From NCBI GenBank assembly GCA_013265495.1, contig MU062317.1, forward strand, positions 1,610,229-1,674,228: 64,000 nucleotides of DNA, written 5' to 3'. A model generated the notes under the pieces. That model did no database searches and had not been told where the DNA came from. It saw only the letters and a program-made list of their open reading frames with translations. Of the stretch, positions 1-14,292 are shown piece by piece; the stretch's first letter is position 1; each line of letters starts with the position of its first letter. Both the position numbers and the translations under genes were made by a program. This DNA is from Vicugna vicugna. Taxonomy: Eukaryota.

Positions 1-299
1 CGTCAAGAGCAAAGCCGCCAATAAACCCTGACACCTAGTGATTTCAGGCTTCTGTGAGTCATTCAACAAGTATTTACTCCGGGCCCGGAACTGGGGACCC
101 GGCCATGACCGAACTCCCCCACCCCCACGAAGCCAACAACACAACCACAAACACACAACCCCCAGGGCCGGCCGCAGCCAGGGCTCCCCGGAGAACCCAG
201 ACCGCTGTGGGCTGTGCGGCCCACGGAGTCACGCCAAGACTTCCTGAATTATTATCTGTAGCTGCAAAATCAAGAAGTCAGAGCATTCTCTGAATCTTT

Positions 300-630
300 C
301 TAAGTCAAAAAGTAAAATCAGGAAGGGATAAATCGGGAGTTCAAGATTTGGAAATACTAATACGTACAAAATGGATAAACAAGTTCATACTGTATTCACA
401 CTGGAAACTCTACTCATTCTCTCGCAGTAATTTACGGTGAAAAACAACATGAAAACGAGTACGTACGTTCACGTATGACTGAAGCACTATACTGTACACC
501 AGAAGTTGGCACAACTGACTGTACTTCAATAAACACGTACACGCACAAATAAATATACATACACAAGAAATAGTATCAGAAAAGACACAAATGCCAAATA
601 CCCAGACGGCACCTTGGCTGTTTCCAGGGT
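300..630 (+). mobile_element. Old L1 (L1M-type) 3' fragment
   Basis: A-rich block with aaatggataaacaag...tattcacactggaaactctac, typical of L1M 3' ends. The subfamily is not resolved. Confidence 0.4.
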
Positions 631-1211
631 GCCCTCAGAGCTCTAAAAGCAGAGAGCTTCTACAACCCCAACCTCTAGTCACAGAAAAGCTGCGTAAAGG
701 CTGTAGTTTGCTCCCTCGCCCACCCTGGAGCACGCTACGTGCTTCCTGAGTTCACCTGCACAAACTGCACCTGGTCGCTCTGGGGGCCTGGACTCCGAGG
801 TCAGGAAAGTCTGGGGGGACCTGGGCCACGCTGGGCAGGCCACACGGCGGACACACGGCCCCGAGTCCCCCACCTGCCCCACACTGCTCTCACAGACATC
901 GTCTGCAGCTCTAACCCACACCACCTGAAACCCACTTCAGACTACTCATGGCCCCGGCAGGGAGGAGCCACCCACCACAGGGGGCCCCCACTCCCAGGAA
1001 ACGGCTTCCTGTCCCTTCTCTGCGACTCCAACCTGCCAGGCGCATCTCCACCACATGTGCAGAGAAGCTCTCCGTGATCTCACGGCCCCCCACCTGGTGT
1101 GCCCGCAGTGTCCCCGGCGACTGGCGGGGCAGGAGGAAGGGCCCTCGGGAGAAAGGAGCCCCACTTCTCCTCCAGCCCTCTCAGATCTGAAGGAAATAAT
1201 TCGGCCTCTGT

Positions 1212-1342
1212 NNNNNNNNNNNNNNNNNNNNNNNNNNNNNNNNNNNNNNNNNNNNNNNNNNNNNNNNNNNNNNNNNNNNNNNNNNNNNNNNNNNNNNNNN
1301 NNNNNNNNNNNNNNNNNNNNNNNNNNNNNNNNNNNNNNNNNN
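1212..1342. other. Assembly gap or masked run (131 N). Other N runs: 5955-6158, 6251-6406, 6910-7468, 17486-17617, 38127-38168
   Basis: N runs counted directly; all lie in very GC-rich sequence. Confidence 0.98.
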
Positions 1343-2904
1343 TCTCTGGGCCACAGAGAGTCCGGCCGCCGGCTGCGGCCACCTCCCGCCAGACAGCCAG
1401 GGTGCAGGGCCCGGAAGCACCGCCTCCCCCGGACCCTCCCACCGCCCAAGGGCCAGGGTGCGGGGCAGGGTTCAGTCACAGGGAGTGGCACACAGATGGA
1501 CTGCGAGGAAGGTGGGGAGTTGATGGCCTTACCCTCAAAGCCCTGCACTGACTGAGGGGCCCCGGAGGGGCAGCGGGGACAGGGGCGAGAGCCACTCAGT
1601 CACCTGCTGCCCCAAGGCAAGACACCGGCCCCAGGGAAACCTCGAAGGCAAGGGCCCCTGCCCAGCTCCAAGGAGGAGCCTGGAAACCAGCAGGACAGCT
1701 GAAGATGGCACATGCACAGATAAGCTGATGGCCCAGGCTTGGAGACCATGGCAAGGGCTCTGCTCACTGCACAGAATGAGGGTGCCCGGCCCTCCACGCC
1801 CTCCCTCCCTCATACACGCCAACCACGGGTTAGAAACCAGAGGCCTCGCTCAAACTGCCTCCTCGTTTGAGAAGATCCCCCACCTTCACTCTGCAGCCTT
1901 CACCCTGGCGACCAGATGGACTCACAGACCCCATCCTTCAGGACATGGGTGTGGGATCCATCTAGGAGCCCCGCCTCAGAGCGTCACCCAGGTTGGCACC
2001 CCAGCTTCTCACCCAAGCACCTGAAGCCAGGAAATCACCATGGGACCCATGAAAACCCAGAGCAAAGCAACTGCACCAAGGGACAGTGCAACCTCTCCAT
2101 CTGTGCCCAGATCTGCCGGTACCCAGGTGAGCACAGCGCCCGGACAAAGAGCAGGTGTCGGAGAAGCATGCTGGTCAGTCCGTCCCAGCCTGACGGACGG
2201 TCCTGATGTCGTTCCTTCTCGTGGTCACTTCAGCTCAGAAGTACGACTCGCACCCCCCCTTAGAGAATGTCCCTGGACCAGGATCCCCCACTCCCCAAGA
2301 GGGCCCGCGGGACTCGGTGCTCCTCCATTTGGATGGCCTGGCCAGGTCTCCTCTCAGAGAAAATACCGCTTTCAACACTAGAACATACACGGATCCCACG
2401 GCGGAAGCCCACGCTGCCCGCTGCCCGCCACCAGCCCACGCCCCTGCCGTGCAGATCGGGCAGTTAGTTCCATGAAGACAACTCCTCCGAGAACCTGGCG
2501 TCCTGAGGACAGACATACAATAAACGGGCACGATCCTGGTTCTCCAGTCCAAGGATCAGGCCGCTCAGGAGCAGCCGTTCCAAGGAGCCCATCACCCCAC
2601 CGCAAAGGGCCGACCCTGTGCCGTCCACCCCAGGAGGCAGCGCCCCCCACAGGAAAGCCACGTCCCAGCCAGCAGCCGCGCCGACAGCGCGATCTATCCC
2701 GTTAAACATCAGTCCTGTTCAGTCCCAACGCCGTCAGACAAGCACCGGAGGAAGGGACAGAGCCAACCGTGGGCGTGGGGAAGGCTCCAAGGTTCCTGTG
2801 TCTCACCACACGATCCCAGCAGAAAACAAGTCCTCGCCCTGCCCATGACACTCAACCGCTAAGACCCCACAAACAAACGCTGTCCACGGCCGCTACTTCC
2901 TAAG

Positions 2905-3010
2905 GTGCCCACTTCACACTTGTGGAAACTAAGGCACAAACAGGTCAAGCAACTCGCTCGAGGGCACGTGGCCCACGAGGGACAGAGTGAGGATGCAGGG
3001 CTCCAGAGCC
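2905..3010 (+). mobile_element. MIR SINE core fragment
   Basis: gtggaaactaaggcacaaacaggtcaagcaactcgctcgagggcacgtgg resembles the recalled MIR core (gaggaaactgaggcacagagaggttaagtaacttgcccaaggtcac). Confidence 0.5.
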
Positions 3011-5087
3011 AGACCGGCCACTGCAAGACCCCCAAGGAAAGCAGCCAGGGCGCCATGGCCCCGACAGCCATGGGACAGCCAAGAGCACTTCCTTGGGCCC
3101 CTGTGACGTCAGGGTGGGGATCACTGAGGAGGGACCCCAGCCTGCACACCTGAACTCGCCGTCTGCACAGCGTTTCCAGGCTCAAAGCTGGAGCCCCACT
3201 GCAAACACAGCTCCACGCTGGGGCAACCACAGAACCGCCAGCCCTCTGTGGTCGGGCCGCAGGCACAGCAGGGCGCGCAAGAGCAAGCAGGCACCAGGAC
3301 AGCACTGAAGTCCCGAGCCAGCCACCAACCCCGCCCATGCCGACGGCAGAGAAGTGCTGTAGGGGGACCAGGGCGCCACTTGGCTCACTTCACGTCACCG
3401 AGCAAGACCCAGGGGAGGCGCATCCCCACAAAGGGCTGCCCCAGCACATCTTTTGTTTCCTCTGTCCTCATCCTCAGCAAATCAAAAGTATTAAAATAAA
3501 CTATAAGACAAATAATTAAGTCAAAACACGTCCCAAGAATAATCTGTCAAACTGCAGTGGGAGGATGGAACAGACAGACACGGTGCTGGAGAGGGGTCTT
3601 CCCTGGCAGCTTCATCCACAAGTAGGGTCTGGCAGCCACCCTGAAATTGACATCCCCCTCCTCACAGGGTGCCTCCAGCCTGTAACCAGACAGGCGCACA
3701 GCTGTGCCGGGGAGACCTGAAAAGGACCGTGTGCCACAGAATTCCCAAACGCATGAACCAAGGCAGTGGCAGAGCCCCGAGAAGAGGATAACCGGGCAAG
3801 GCTGGTGGGCAGAGTGCCCCCCGAGGGGGGGGAGCCGGCAAGACAGCACCCAGGAGCTCTGAGTGACTGGCGGACGGCAGAGGCCAGCAGCAGGCCCACC
3901 AGCCCAGGCCACCACTGTGAGGACAAGGCAGGGCTGACACTTAGGCCTGGAGACTCCAGCCTCTTACAACGATCACATTTTCACCATCACGGGGGAGGTT
4001 CCTCTAACTAAGAAATGATTCCTGAGCAGCAGCAGGGAGAGCACTGAAGGAGTGCTGACCATCTGCTGACATCACCAGGGTGAAAGTACGCTCCGGCCTC
4101 TTCTCTGGGACTGTGGCTCAGGGGACCATCCTTGCCTTCTCCCTAGGCAGTGCCTCAGCCCACAAGCTCCAGACCAGTCCTTCCTTGAGCCTGTGAACAC
4201 CTGTGTTCAGAACAGCAAGGGCTGCCACAAGAGAGCCTAGGCCCAGGTGTGCAGCTGAGACAAAAAGCCAACCCCAGGAAGACAGGGAGACCGCGGACAC
4301 ACACGATCCAGATTCAGACAGAGACACAGACGGATGCACCCCACCAGGCAGACCCTCTGCTGTCCACTCTGGATGTAAGTGACTTGCCACAGTTTTACCT
4401 ACCACAATCCTGCACACAGGGCTCCCCTGGGCCATGCTAACCAGCACTCCCAACAGAAAAGCCCCCCGTTGACAGGGAGCAGCCATCAAGCCACACACAG
4501 CCAACCCCCAGTCTGAAATGAGGGTCCGCCCGGCCTGCTGGGTCTGCCGTCAGCATCCTCCCCACTGGCACTGCCCGCTCAGACCATCTCTCCCACCCCA
4601 TCCCAGCCCCAGAGTCTGCAGACAGCTGCCACCTGGGCGCTGGTCTAGCCAAGGGCAGGAGCACCACCAGATCCACAAATGCACGCGGTGGCCCCCTCTG
4701 AGCACAGGCGACAGGCCCTCACTTCCCCTCCCCTACTCCGCTCCCTGAGACTCTGACACTCTGCTGGAGGGGCGCCCAGAGAAAACCGGGCGGGAGCATC
4801 TATTCACAGATTTGGAAAAAAAAGTTTGATGCAATAGCTGAATTAATTAGGCCTCCCAAGAATAGCTGAGCCGATGCAGCATTCTGTGTGCGCAGTTTAA
4901 TAAGCCTGGATGTTTAAAAGAAAAGTTACAAACACTAAGGGATGGGGGGATGCCATGCAAAGTTGGTGAAGCCCCCAGTGAATGGTTCCGGCGTCTAGTG
5001 CCTGGAAGCTGCCAGGCTGGATCACACAGAACCTCCTCTTGGCAAACAACAGAGCCTCGGCCAGCGGCCTCCCTGCCGTACCCTTCA

Positions 5088-6908
<1,821 letters not shown>

Positions 6909-7519
6909 GNNNNNNNNNNNNNNNNNNNNNNNNNNNNNNNNNNNNNNNNNNNNNNNNNNNNNNNNNNNNNNNNNNNNNNNNNNNNNNNNNNNNNNNNNNN
7001 NNNNNNNNNNNNNNNNNNNNNNNNNNNNNNNNNNNNNNNNNNNNNNNNNNNNNNNNNNNNNNNNNNNNNNNNNNNNNNNNNNNNNNNNNNNNNNNNNNNN
7101 NNNNNNNNNNNNNNNNNNNNNNNNNNNNNNNNNNNNNNNNNNNNNNNNNNNNNNNNNNNNNNNNNNNNNNNNNNNNNNNNNNNNNNNNNNNNNNNNNNNN
7201 NNNNNNNNNNNNNNNNNNNNNNNNNNNNNNNNNNNNNNNNNNNNNNNNNNNNNNNNNNNNNNNNNNNNNNNNNNNNNNNNNNNNNNNNNNNNNNNNNNNN
7301 NNNNNNNNNNNNNNNNNNNNNNNNNNNNNNNNNNNNNNNNNNNNNNNNNNNNNNNNNNNNNNNNNNNNNNNNNNNNNNNNNNNNNNNNNNNNNNNNNNNN
7401 NNNNNNNNNNNNNNNNNNNNNNNNNNNNNNNNNNNNNNNNNNNNNNNNNNNNNNNNNNNNNNNNNNNNGCGCGCGGCTTCCGGGGCGGCGGAGCGCCTGT
7501 GGCGGCGGCCTCAGACCCC

Positions 7520-7543
7520 GGCGGCGGCGGCGGCGGCGGCGGC
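7520..7543. repeat. (GGC)8 trinucleotide repeat near the SKI 5' end
   Basis: ggcggcggcggcggcggcggcggc read directly. Confidence 0.9.
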
Positions 7544-7770
7544 GCGAGGCTCGGCGCACATCCTCCCGGCGGCTCGCTCCAGCTCGGACTGAGCGCCGGC
7601 CGCCGAGCTCCCGCCGCCGCCCCGCCCCGCGCCCCGCCCCGCTCCGCGCAACCGCCCCGCCCCGTGCGTCGTCTGGGGCCGCGCGTCCGCCTCAGCCGAG
7701 CGCCGGCCAGGAATGCGCCCGCCCCCCGGCCGGCTCTTCCAGGAACGCGCGCTCCCCCCGCCCGCGCTGG

Positions 7771-7975
7771 GCACTCAGACCCACTCGGCCGTGCTCGGGC
7801 CCGACCGCCCCGGACTCGGGCCCCCTCGGCTCCGCTCGGCCCCGCCCGTCTAGGACTCGGCTCTGCTCGGCTCCTCTCGGGCCGGCCCGCCCAGGACTCG
7901 GGCCTGCTCGGCTCCGCTCGTCCCCTCCCGCCGGGGATTCAGCCCCGTTCGGCTCCGTTTAGCCCCGCCCGCCGG
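7771..7975. repeat. Degenerate 41-bp tandem array (5 units), each with three CTCGG-type motifs and a GC-box-like spacer
   Basis: Motif starts at 7774, 7784, 7794 / 7815, 7825, 7835 / 7856, 7866, 7876 / 7897, 7907, 7917 / 7938, 7948, 7958. Ten are exact CTCGG; the others are CTCAG, CTCGT, TTCAG, TTCGG and TTTAG. Confidence 0.85.
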
Positions 7976-10879
7976 AAGGCGGCTCCGCGGGGGTGGCGGC
8001 GGCGCCCCGGGCCCCCCATCCGGCGGAGGCCGCTTCCTGCGCGGCTGCGAAGGCGCGCGGCCCCGTCACCGCCGGAGCCCAGTAACCCACACACAGACCC
8101 CACCACAACCGCAAACCAGCTGAGGGGCAGACCGGACGGGGCTGTGCACCCTCCACCGCACACTCCCGGCCTCCGGGGTCCCCACGCACACGACGGGAAC
8201 GCCACGCGACACACCCCGGCGGTCCCCGCACGCGACAAGGACGCCACGCAGTATGATCCAACTCTCACGTAGGACAGGAACACCAACGACACAACGTGGG
8301 TCCCTACACACATTACAGTTGCGACGCCCCGGAGACCCCACGCAGGAGACAGACACCATGCAGCGTGTTCCGACAGCCCCACGCGATGCAGGCACCGCAC
8401 AGCACCCCTCCAAGGGATGACTGGTGCAAGAGCGGCCCCCCTGTGACCCTGCATCCTGGTCCCTCCGCACGGCCAGCGACGTCATCTCCCACCAGCCCCG
8501 TGCAGAGCTGCGTCTCCACGGGCAGGGCTTGCACCCTCGGCGCTGTGGCCCGTGCTGTCCGGCCAGGTAGCCGCCAGGGCAGGCCCGTGTTGAGTCCTCA
8601 GGGACCGGGCTCCGTTCCTCCCGCAGACTGACGTGACCCCATACAGCCTCCTTGTCCAGAGAGCCGTTCACACATCTGAGGGATACCCAGGGCATGGCCA
8701 GAGGGAGAACCCACTGTGTGTCCTTCCATAATCTGGCTGTATCGTTGGGGAGAGACCAACCAGAAAGTGCTGGGTGGGACAAGCCTGGGGCCTGGACTTG
8801 GACAGACTGTGCTGGGTGGCCCCCCGAGGAGGCAGCATCCAGCAGAGGCCTGGGGGCTGGGGACTCGAGGTGAGGAGGACAATTCTGGCTGCACTCAGCC
8901 CGAGGCAGAAGGACAGTCCAGTCGAGCTGGGCAATGACCCCTTTTCCTCTACAGGACAAAGGCATCTAAGCTGGCCTGAACACGTGGGGAGTCGTGGGGG
9001 GTGCCCACAGTGGTGGGCAGGGGCCAGCGGGCCACACTCACTTCAGCCCTTGTGACCTGACGCTCATCGCCTGCTGCTGCCTCCCCAGTGGGGGCTGGAG
9101 GTGGCCCCAAAGCAGCACTCCTCAGGGGCCGTGTCTGCCCTGGGAGCACCCGGCTGTGTCTGCAGGCCTCAACTGCCCCTCAGGCACGGGCAGGCATCTG
9201 GAGGGGCACCGAGGATGGCCAGGTAACCCCACACCTATATGGCAGACACAGGCAGGTGCCTGGGCACCTTGAGGTTCAGAGGTAGTGCTCCGCCTTCAAA
9301 CACCAGGCCTTTCTGTGAGGAAACCCTCGCCTGCCCTCGCCTGTGCCCTGGGGGGCTGTCCCTTCCACTCGTCAATCCAGTGCCCCCAGCACAAGGCTTT
9401 TCTAGGCAAACATGAGAAAACTAGGAAAGGGATATTTAAAAAACAAGAAAAGGGACTTCTTTGCTTTCAAAGGCTGTATTCATGGTCCTCATTTGGACCA
9501 AAAGCATGTCTGTGGCACCTGAGAGAGTTGATTCCTTCCACGTGGACTTGAGTCCCATGCAGACAGCCTGTACGTGAGAGAAGGCGGTTGGAGCTCCAGA
9601 GGGCCGGCCTGGAGGGGCTCCCGGCCGAGCACACAATTTCTCCAGCTCCTCTGGCCAAGCGGGCGCGCCCAGGTGGGCTCCGAGCCCGAGGCCCCCGAGC
9701 CCGAGGCCCCCCAGACGCGCAGGGCTGGCTCCCTGTGCTTCCTCCCTCTGCCCTCTGGCTTTGCAGGGTTCCAGGAAGGTGTCTCGGGAAGGGGCCAGGT
9801 GGAGGAGCCAACACTCCCACAGCTTCAGAGCCCAGAAGGAAGCCGAGGTGGGTGTGCAGGAGGGTGCAGGGGATAGGTGAAGGGTGAAGGGCCCAGAGAA
9901 GTAAGGAGGGACTGCTCTGGTCTCTAAAATGTCTCTGCCTCCATGGACTTTGAGGTCGTCTTCCCCAAAAGATAATGGAGCTTCTGGAGCAGCCAAGCCC
10001 ACCCTACCCACCAAGGGCCAGGGCAGCTGTGCCTGGAGTGAGTCAGGCAGGCCCTGTCTTCTCCACAAGCCCAGCTGGGGGGGGCTCCCACATGCTGGCC
10101 TTCCTGCCTCCAACCCATCCCAGCAGCTGCCCTGGCCAGTGGCCTGCTCCTCCCACTGTCCCCTGCCACAGGCCATGCACCACACTGGCAGGTGGGGGGT
10201 CCAGGCCATAGGCACTGCCATGTCAGGGGACGGGGACAGGAACCAGCGAGCAGCAGGCACCAGGCCCGCCCGGCTCACTCTCCAGCCCTTGCCATGCTGA
10301 CTGACGGGTGTGGGCAGCTGGTGGTGCACACGCTCACCCCCGCATGCGCACACGCTTGTGGAGATTATACCCCCATGTGCACGAGCCAGGCCTTGGGACC
10401 AGGAGGATGGAGACCAAGTTCTGCCCCACGTGGCCTCCATCTCCTCCAGCTGAGGAGGCGAAGGATTGACAAACCTGCCTATAGGGGACGTGGTCACTCA
10501 GGTGCTGCGGAGGCCTCCAGGGGCTGGGGGCTGGCTTTGGAGCCAGCAGCGCTACAGGCCAGAGATGAGGGCGCTGGCAGTGATGGGGCGCCCCTGGCCT
10601 CAGGGCCAGCTCAGAGGCCCGGCTGGGGAAATGGGCTGGAAGGCTCAGAAAAGCAGGCCCCGACAGAGACCCCCGAGAGACAGCTTCTGGGGGGAATGGC
10701 TCTGCCCTGCTTGACTTCCACCTGCCACCTGTTCCCTGCTCCGTGGGAAGGAAACACCTGGTCTCAGACAAGCACAGCTGCATTGTCAGGAACGTGCTAA
10801 GATACTGTTCTAAAACCTTAAATTCTAAACAAAAATTACTCAGGTAACATGAGCTTGGTAAAAATTTAGAAAAGACTTT

Positions 10880-11210
10880 TGTCTTAGTTTGGGTTCCACC
10901 AAAAGCAGACCCCAAGGCAAAGTTCTGAGTGCAGATCGTTTATTTGAGAGGTGTTTCCAGGACACACAGATTAGGGATGGAGAAAGGGAGGGAGGGAAGG
11001 CAGGACACCAAGTGCGTTACAAGCTTGTCACCCGGGCTCTTGGAGCTGGATCTTGGGGTGCAGAGTCATCTCGGGGTGGGGGGGCAGCCCTGAGCAAGAT
11101 CAGAGCCCAAGGTGGGGAGGGGACATCTGCTGGAGCGGGGAGATTGATTATATATGGGATTGGCCAAATAAAGAAACACATTCCTCATGATAAGAGTCAG
11201 GGTTGTCACT
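10880..11210 (-). mobile_element. ERVL-type solo LTR fragment (LTR16/LTR33-like)
   Basis: Starts tgtcttagtttgggttccaccaaaagcagaccc...gtttatttgagaggtg, resembling the reverse complement of these LTR 3' ends. The right boundary is uncertain. Confidence 0.45.
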
Positions 11211-11214
11211 GTTA

Positions 11215-12380
11215 GAGATGGGAATTAAAAATATGGGAAGAGATAAACAAACATGTGGCATTGGACTGGAGTCAGCAATCCCTGCGTGAACCCATGAATT
11301 CCAATGTTTATAAACAAGTAGAAAAACTATAGATGTAAATGTGTGTTTGTACAGACATCCAGGTAATCCCTAACTCTGCCCAGGGAGAGGCCCTGAAAGA
11401 GGGACAACCCAGCAGCCGCAAGCACCCCGAGAACCTGGGTCTTGGCTTCTAAATTCCATCCTCCGTGGAAGGGAACCAGTGTTCTTTGAAGGAATGACTG
11501 GTGGCAGGGCTTGGACAGAGAGAGGAAATCTTACTGTGTCAGGCAGTATGGAGAGCTCAAAGCGAAACAGGAACGTGTCGAAAGGACTTTTGGGCAGCTC
11601 AGAGAGGAGATCACTGCCACATCCGAGAGCATAACGGTGATCGCGGATTATAACCATGGAATCAGAAAACCGCGTCTGCATATTCAAGTATTTATTAAAA
11701 TAAGCATATTCATAAACTGAAAGTCTGATAAGAAAAGAGCTATTTGCATAGTTTTTTTTGTTTGTTTTGCTTTTCTATGGAAATGTATAGTTTTAAAGTT
11801 CTTCCCCACAAGGCTCCTGTCAATTGCAAAGGGAAGGGTGAGTTCCCAGGGGAGACACTGCCAGGTACCACCATAATCAAGCGATCAAAGTGGAAACCGT
11901 CAGGCACTGGATGCACCGCAACCCTGCACTGCCTGGTGTGGTGGGACGGGCTGCTGTGGCTCTTCTGCCAAAAAGGCATGACCTGCATCTGACCATGACG
12001 AAACCTCAGACGCCCACACAGAGGGACTTTGTACAGAAGGATGGGCCTGGAACCTTCAGAGGTGACAGTGAGGAAAAGGCTGAGGAATATTCCAGACCGA
12101 TGGAGAAGAACAAGACGTCAGCTCTGCGAAACCTGGGGACCCTTGCTGGATCTCACTGCGATGTCAGTGGAACAACCAGAAAGCCCCAGATGTGGCCTGA
12201 GGACCGGACGATAGCGACCCTGCCCAGGACAGAGCGCCATGTCAGCGGGGATCTCAAGCGCTTTATGGGGCGCGATGGGGGTTCCTGCACTGTTCTCGCA
12301 GCTTCTCTGTAAGCTTGAGGTTGTTAGAACACACAGAATTTATTTGAAGTGTCATGGGGAGGAGGCATGCATTCTCAGTT
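11215..12380 (+). mobile_element. L1MC-type 3' UTR fragment(s)
   Basis: gggtcttggcttctaaattccatcctcc..., caccataatcaagcgatcaaagt..., ctgccaaaaaggcatgacctgcatctgaccatgacgaaacctcagac..., ggctgaggaatattccaga all resemble recalled L1MC3/4 consensus blocks. Confidence 0.65.
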
Positions 12381-14267
12381 CGGCCCTGGTGCGCCTAAGC
12401 TGCCCAGTGGAGCAGGGCTGCTGAAAGTCCTACCGTTGGGCAAGGTGGGGGTGAGGCCTGGGGGCACGAGCAGGACCCTGAGAGCATCGGCTGCAGCTCC
12501 AGCCCAGATGGCAGAGGAACTGGCCCCCTTTCCTGGTCCAACACGAAAGCAGGTCAGAGAACACAGGTCTGCTCTTTAAATGTTTGAAAACGCGGAAGGC
12601 AGGAAGCTCTGTGGAGCCGGGAACGAGGAAGGCAGGCAAGTCACAGTGGTGAGCAGGATCGTGACTGAGCGGCCTGCATGAGCTTGCAGCTGGCCTCACA
12701 CCCACTGAGGACCGGGAATAGAGGTCCACAAAGGGGACATGGAGATTCTGCCTACCAGCCTGGAGGTGGAGCCCAGAGAGCAACCAGCCCAGACCAGGGC
12801 AAGAGGGTAGAGGGTGCCAGAAAAACCAGGAACCGGCAGAATATAGGACACACTCAACGACCAAAAACTGTGTGGAAGAGGCTGGTGGGTGATGTAGGTC
12901 TTTGCTGTAGGCACAGAGACAACCCAGTAGGTGAAACAGAAAGCAAGGCAACTGTTAACTTCAGGAAAAACAAAGGGAAAACCTAAGTGGGGCTCCCCAG
13001 TTGGCTTAGCAGTGCACAGTATCTACGTAGTCATAATAGTGTGCACAACAGCTGAGCTCATTCGGGAAGATCGAAGAGTGAGCAGCGGGCGGGCAGAGAG
13101 TGCTGGGCAGAGCTCCTCCAGGGACATCTCACAATGTCTAAAACTCGTAAATGAAGGGAACAGCAGCAAGAACACACAATGTGGAAAAATGGAGAAAAGT
13201 CAGACAAGAAACAGCTGGAAGACTTGAGAGAGGCCGATGCCCTGAGGTCAGGCGAGGCGGCTCAGTGACCACTCCGGACAGGTCGGGAGAGTCCAGACCT
13301 TTGGGCTCCTTTTGTTCCTTTCATCTGTGTATCTGCCTTTCTTCGGCCAGACTTAAACCAAAAGATCAAAACTCTGAACTAAGTAACTCTGAATGAAAAT
13401 AACAACCAAAAAAGCAAACTCACTTTGCCACCAAAAAATGCCACAGTTTGGGACATTAAAAAACACATTTTGAATACGCCATTGATTAAGGAAGGACTCA
13501 AAATGGGAATCAAAAAGTTTTAAATCGGATGATGATGGAAATACTGTCAGTCACAATACCTGGGTGCAGCCAGCGTGGTCCTTGGTCATCTTCAGATTCT
13601 ACACCAGAGACAAAAAAAGTGAGGGAACTGCAGGTGTTTTTAATTTCTTCTTTGTGCTGACCTGCTTCCTCTGCCTTTCCGGAAAAGCCACTTCCAGGTT
13701 TATTGAACTTACCCGTTGTTCTTCCTGGACCATTCTGTCTGGGAGGGACTCCCCTTCTCTCGTGGAACCTTTGGCGGGGTCAGCCTTGTGGCCCACACAA
13801 GGGCTATTCATCCCAGGTGGCCTCCCCTGGGGTGGTCAGGGGCCGGGGTGGGAACAGGGTCACACAGGGTCCCCGTGTCCAGCTCTCAGCTGAGACCTGC
13901 CCCACGGGGGTCCGCGAGGTGGTGTTCAGGGGGCTGAGCAGAGTGCCTTGTCCAGGTGTGTGAGAGCCGCCACTGGCAATGAGGTGAGCCCAGTGCGCCG
14001 CCGCGCCCCAGGACCTGCCCATCTCCCGTGCAGGCAGCGCCCCCACAGGCCTTCCCCCTCCCCACCCAGGCGTTGCCCTTGTCCTCTTGGAGGTGGGGGA
14101 GAGGGAAGAGTGGGCTCCTTCCCCGCGCCAAGCAGAGCCACTCAGCTGCTCAAATGTCCACCCCACAGCCCCGAGGCACCACCGGCCCCCCCCCACCAGG
14201 AGCCTGGCCTCAACTGCCAGATGAAGCTGATGGGGCAACATGGAGTCCGCCCAGCCTCCGGGGGCCT

Positions 14268-14292
14268 GGGCAGGGCAGGGCAGGGCAGGGCA
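14268..14292 (+). repeat. (GGGCA)5 pentamer repeat, canonical G-quadruplex motif
   Basis: gggcagggcagggcagggcagggca read directly. Confidence 0.9.

Noticed and set aside
9436-10497. 353-aa minus-strand ORF
   Set aside because: Starts at a non-ATG codon, has Pro/Gly/Ala/Arg/Trp-rich composition typical of non-coding GC-rich DNA, and shows no domain or splice structure.
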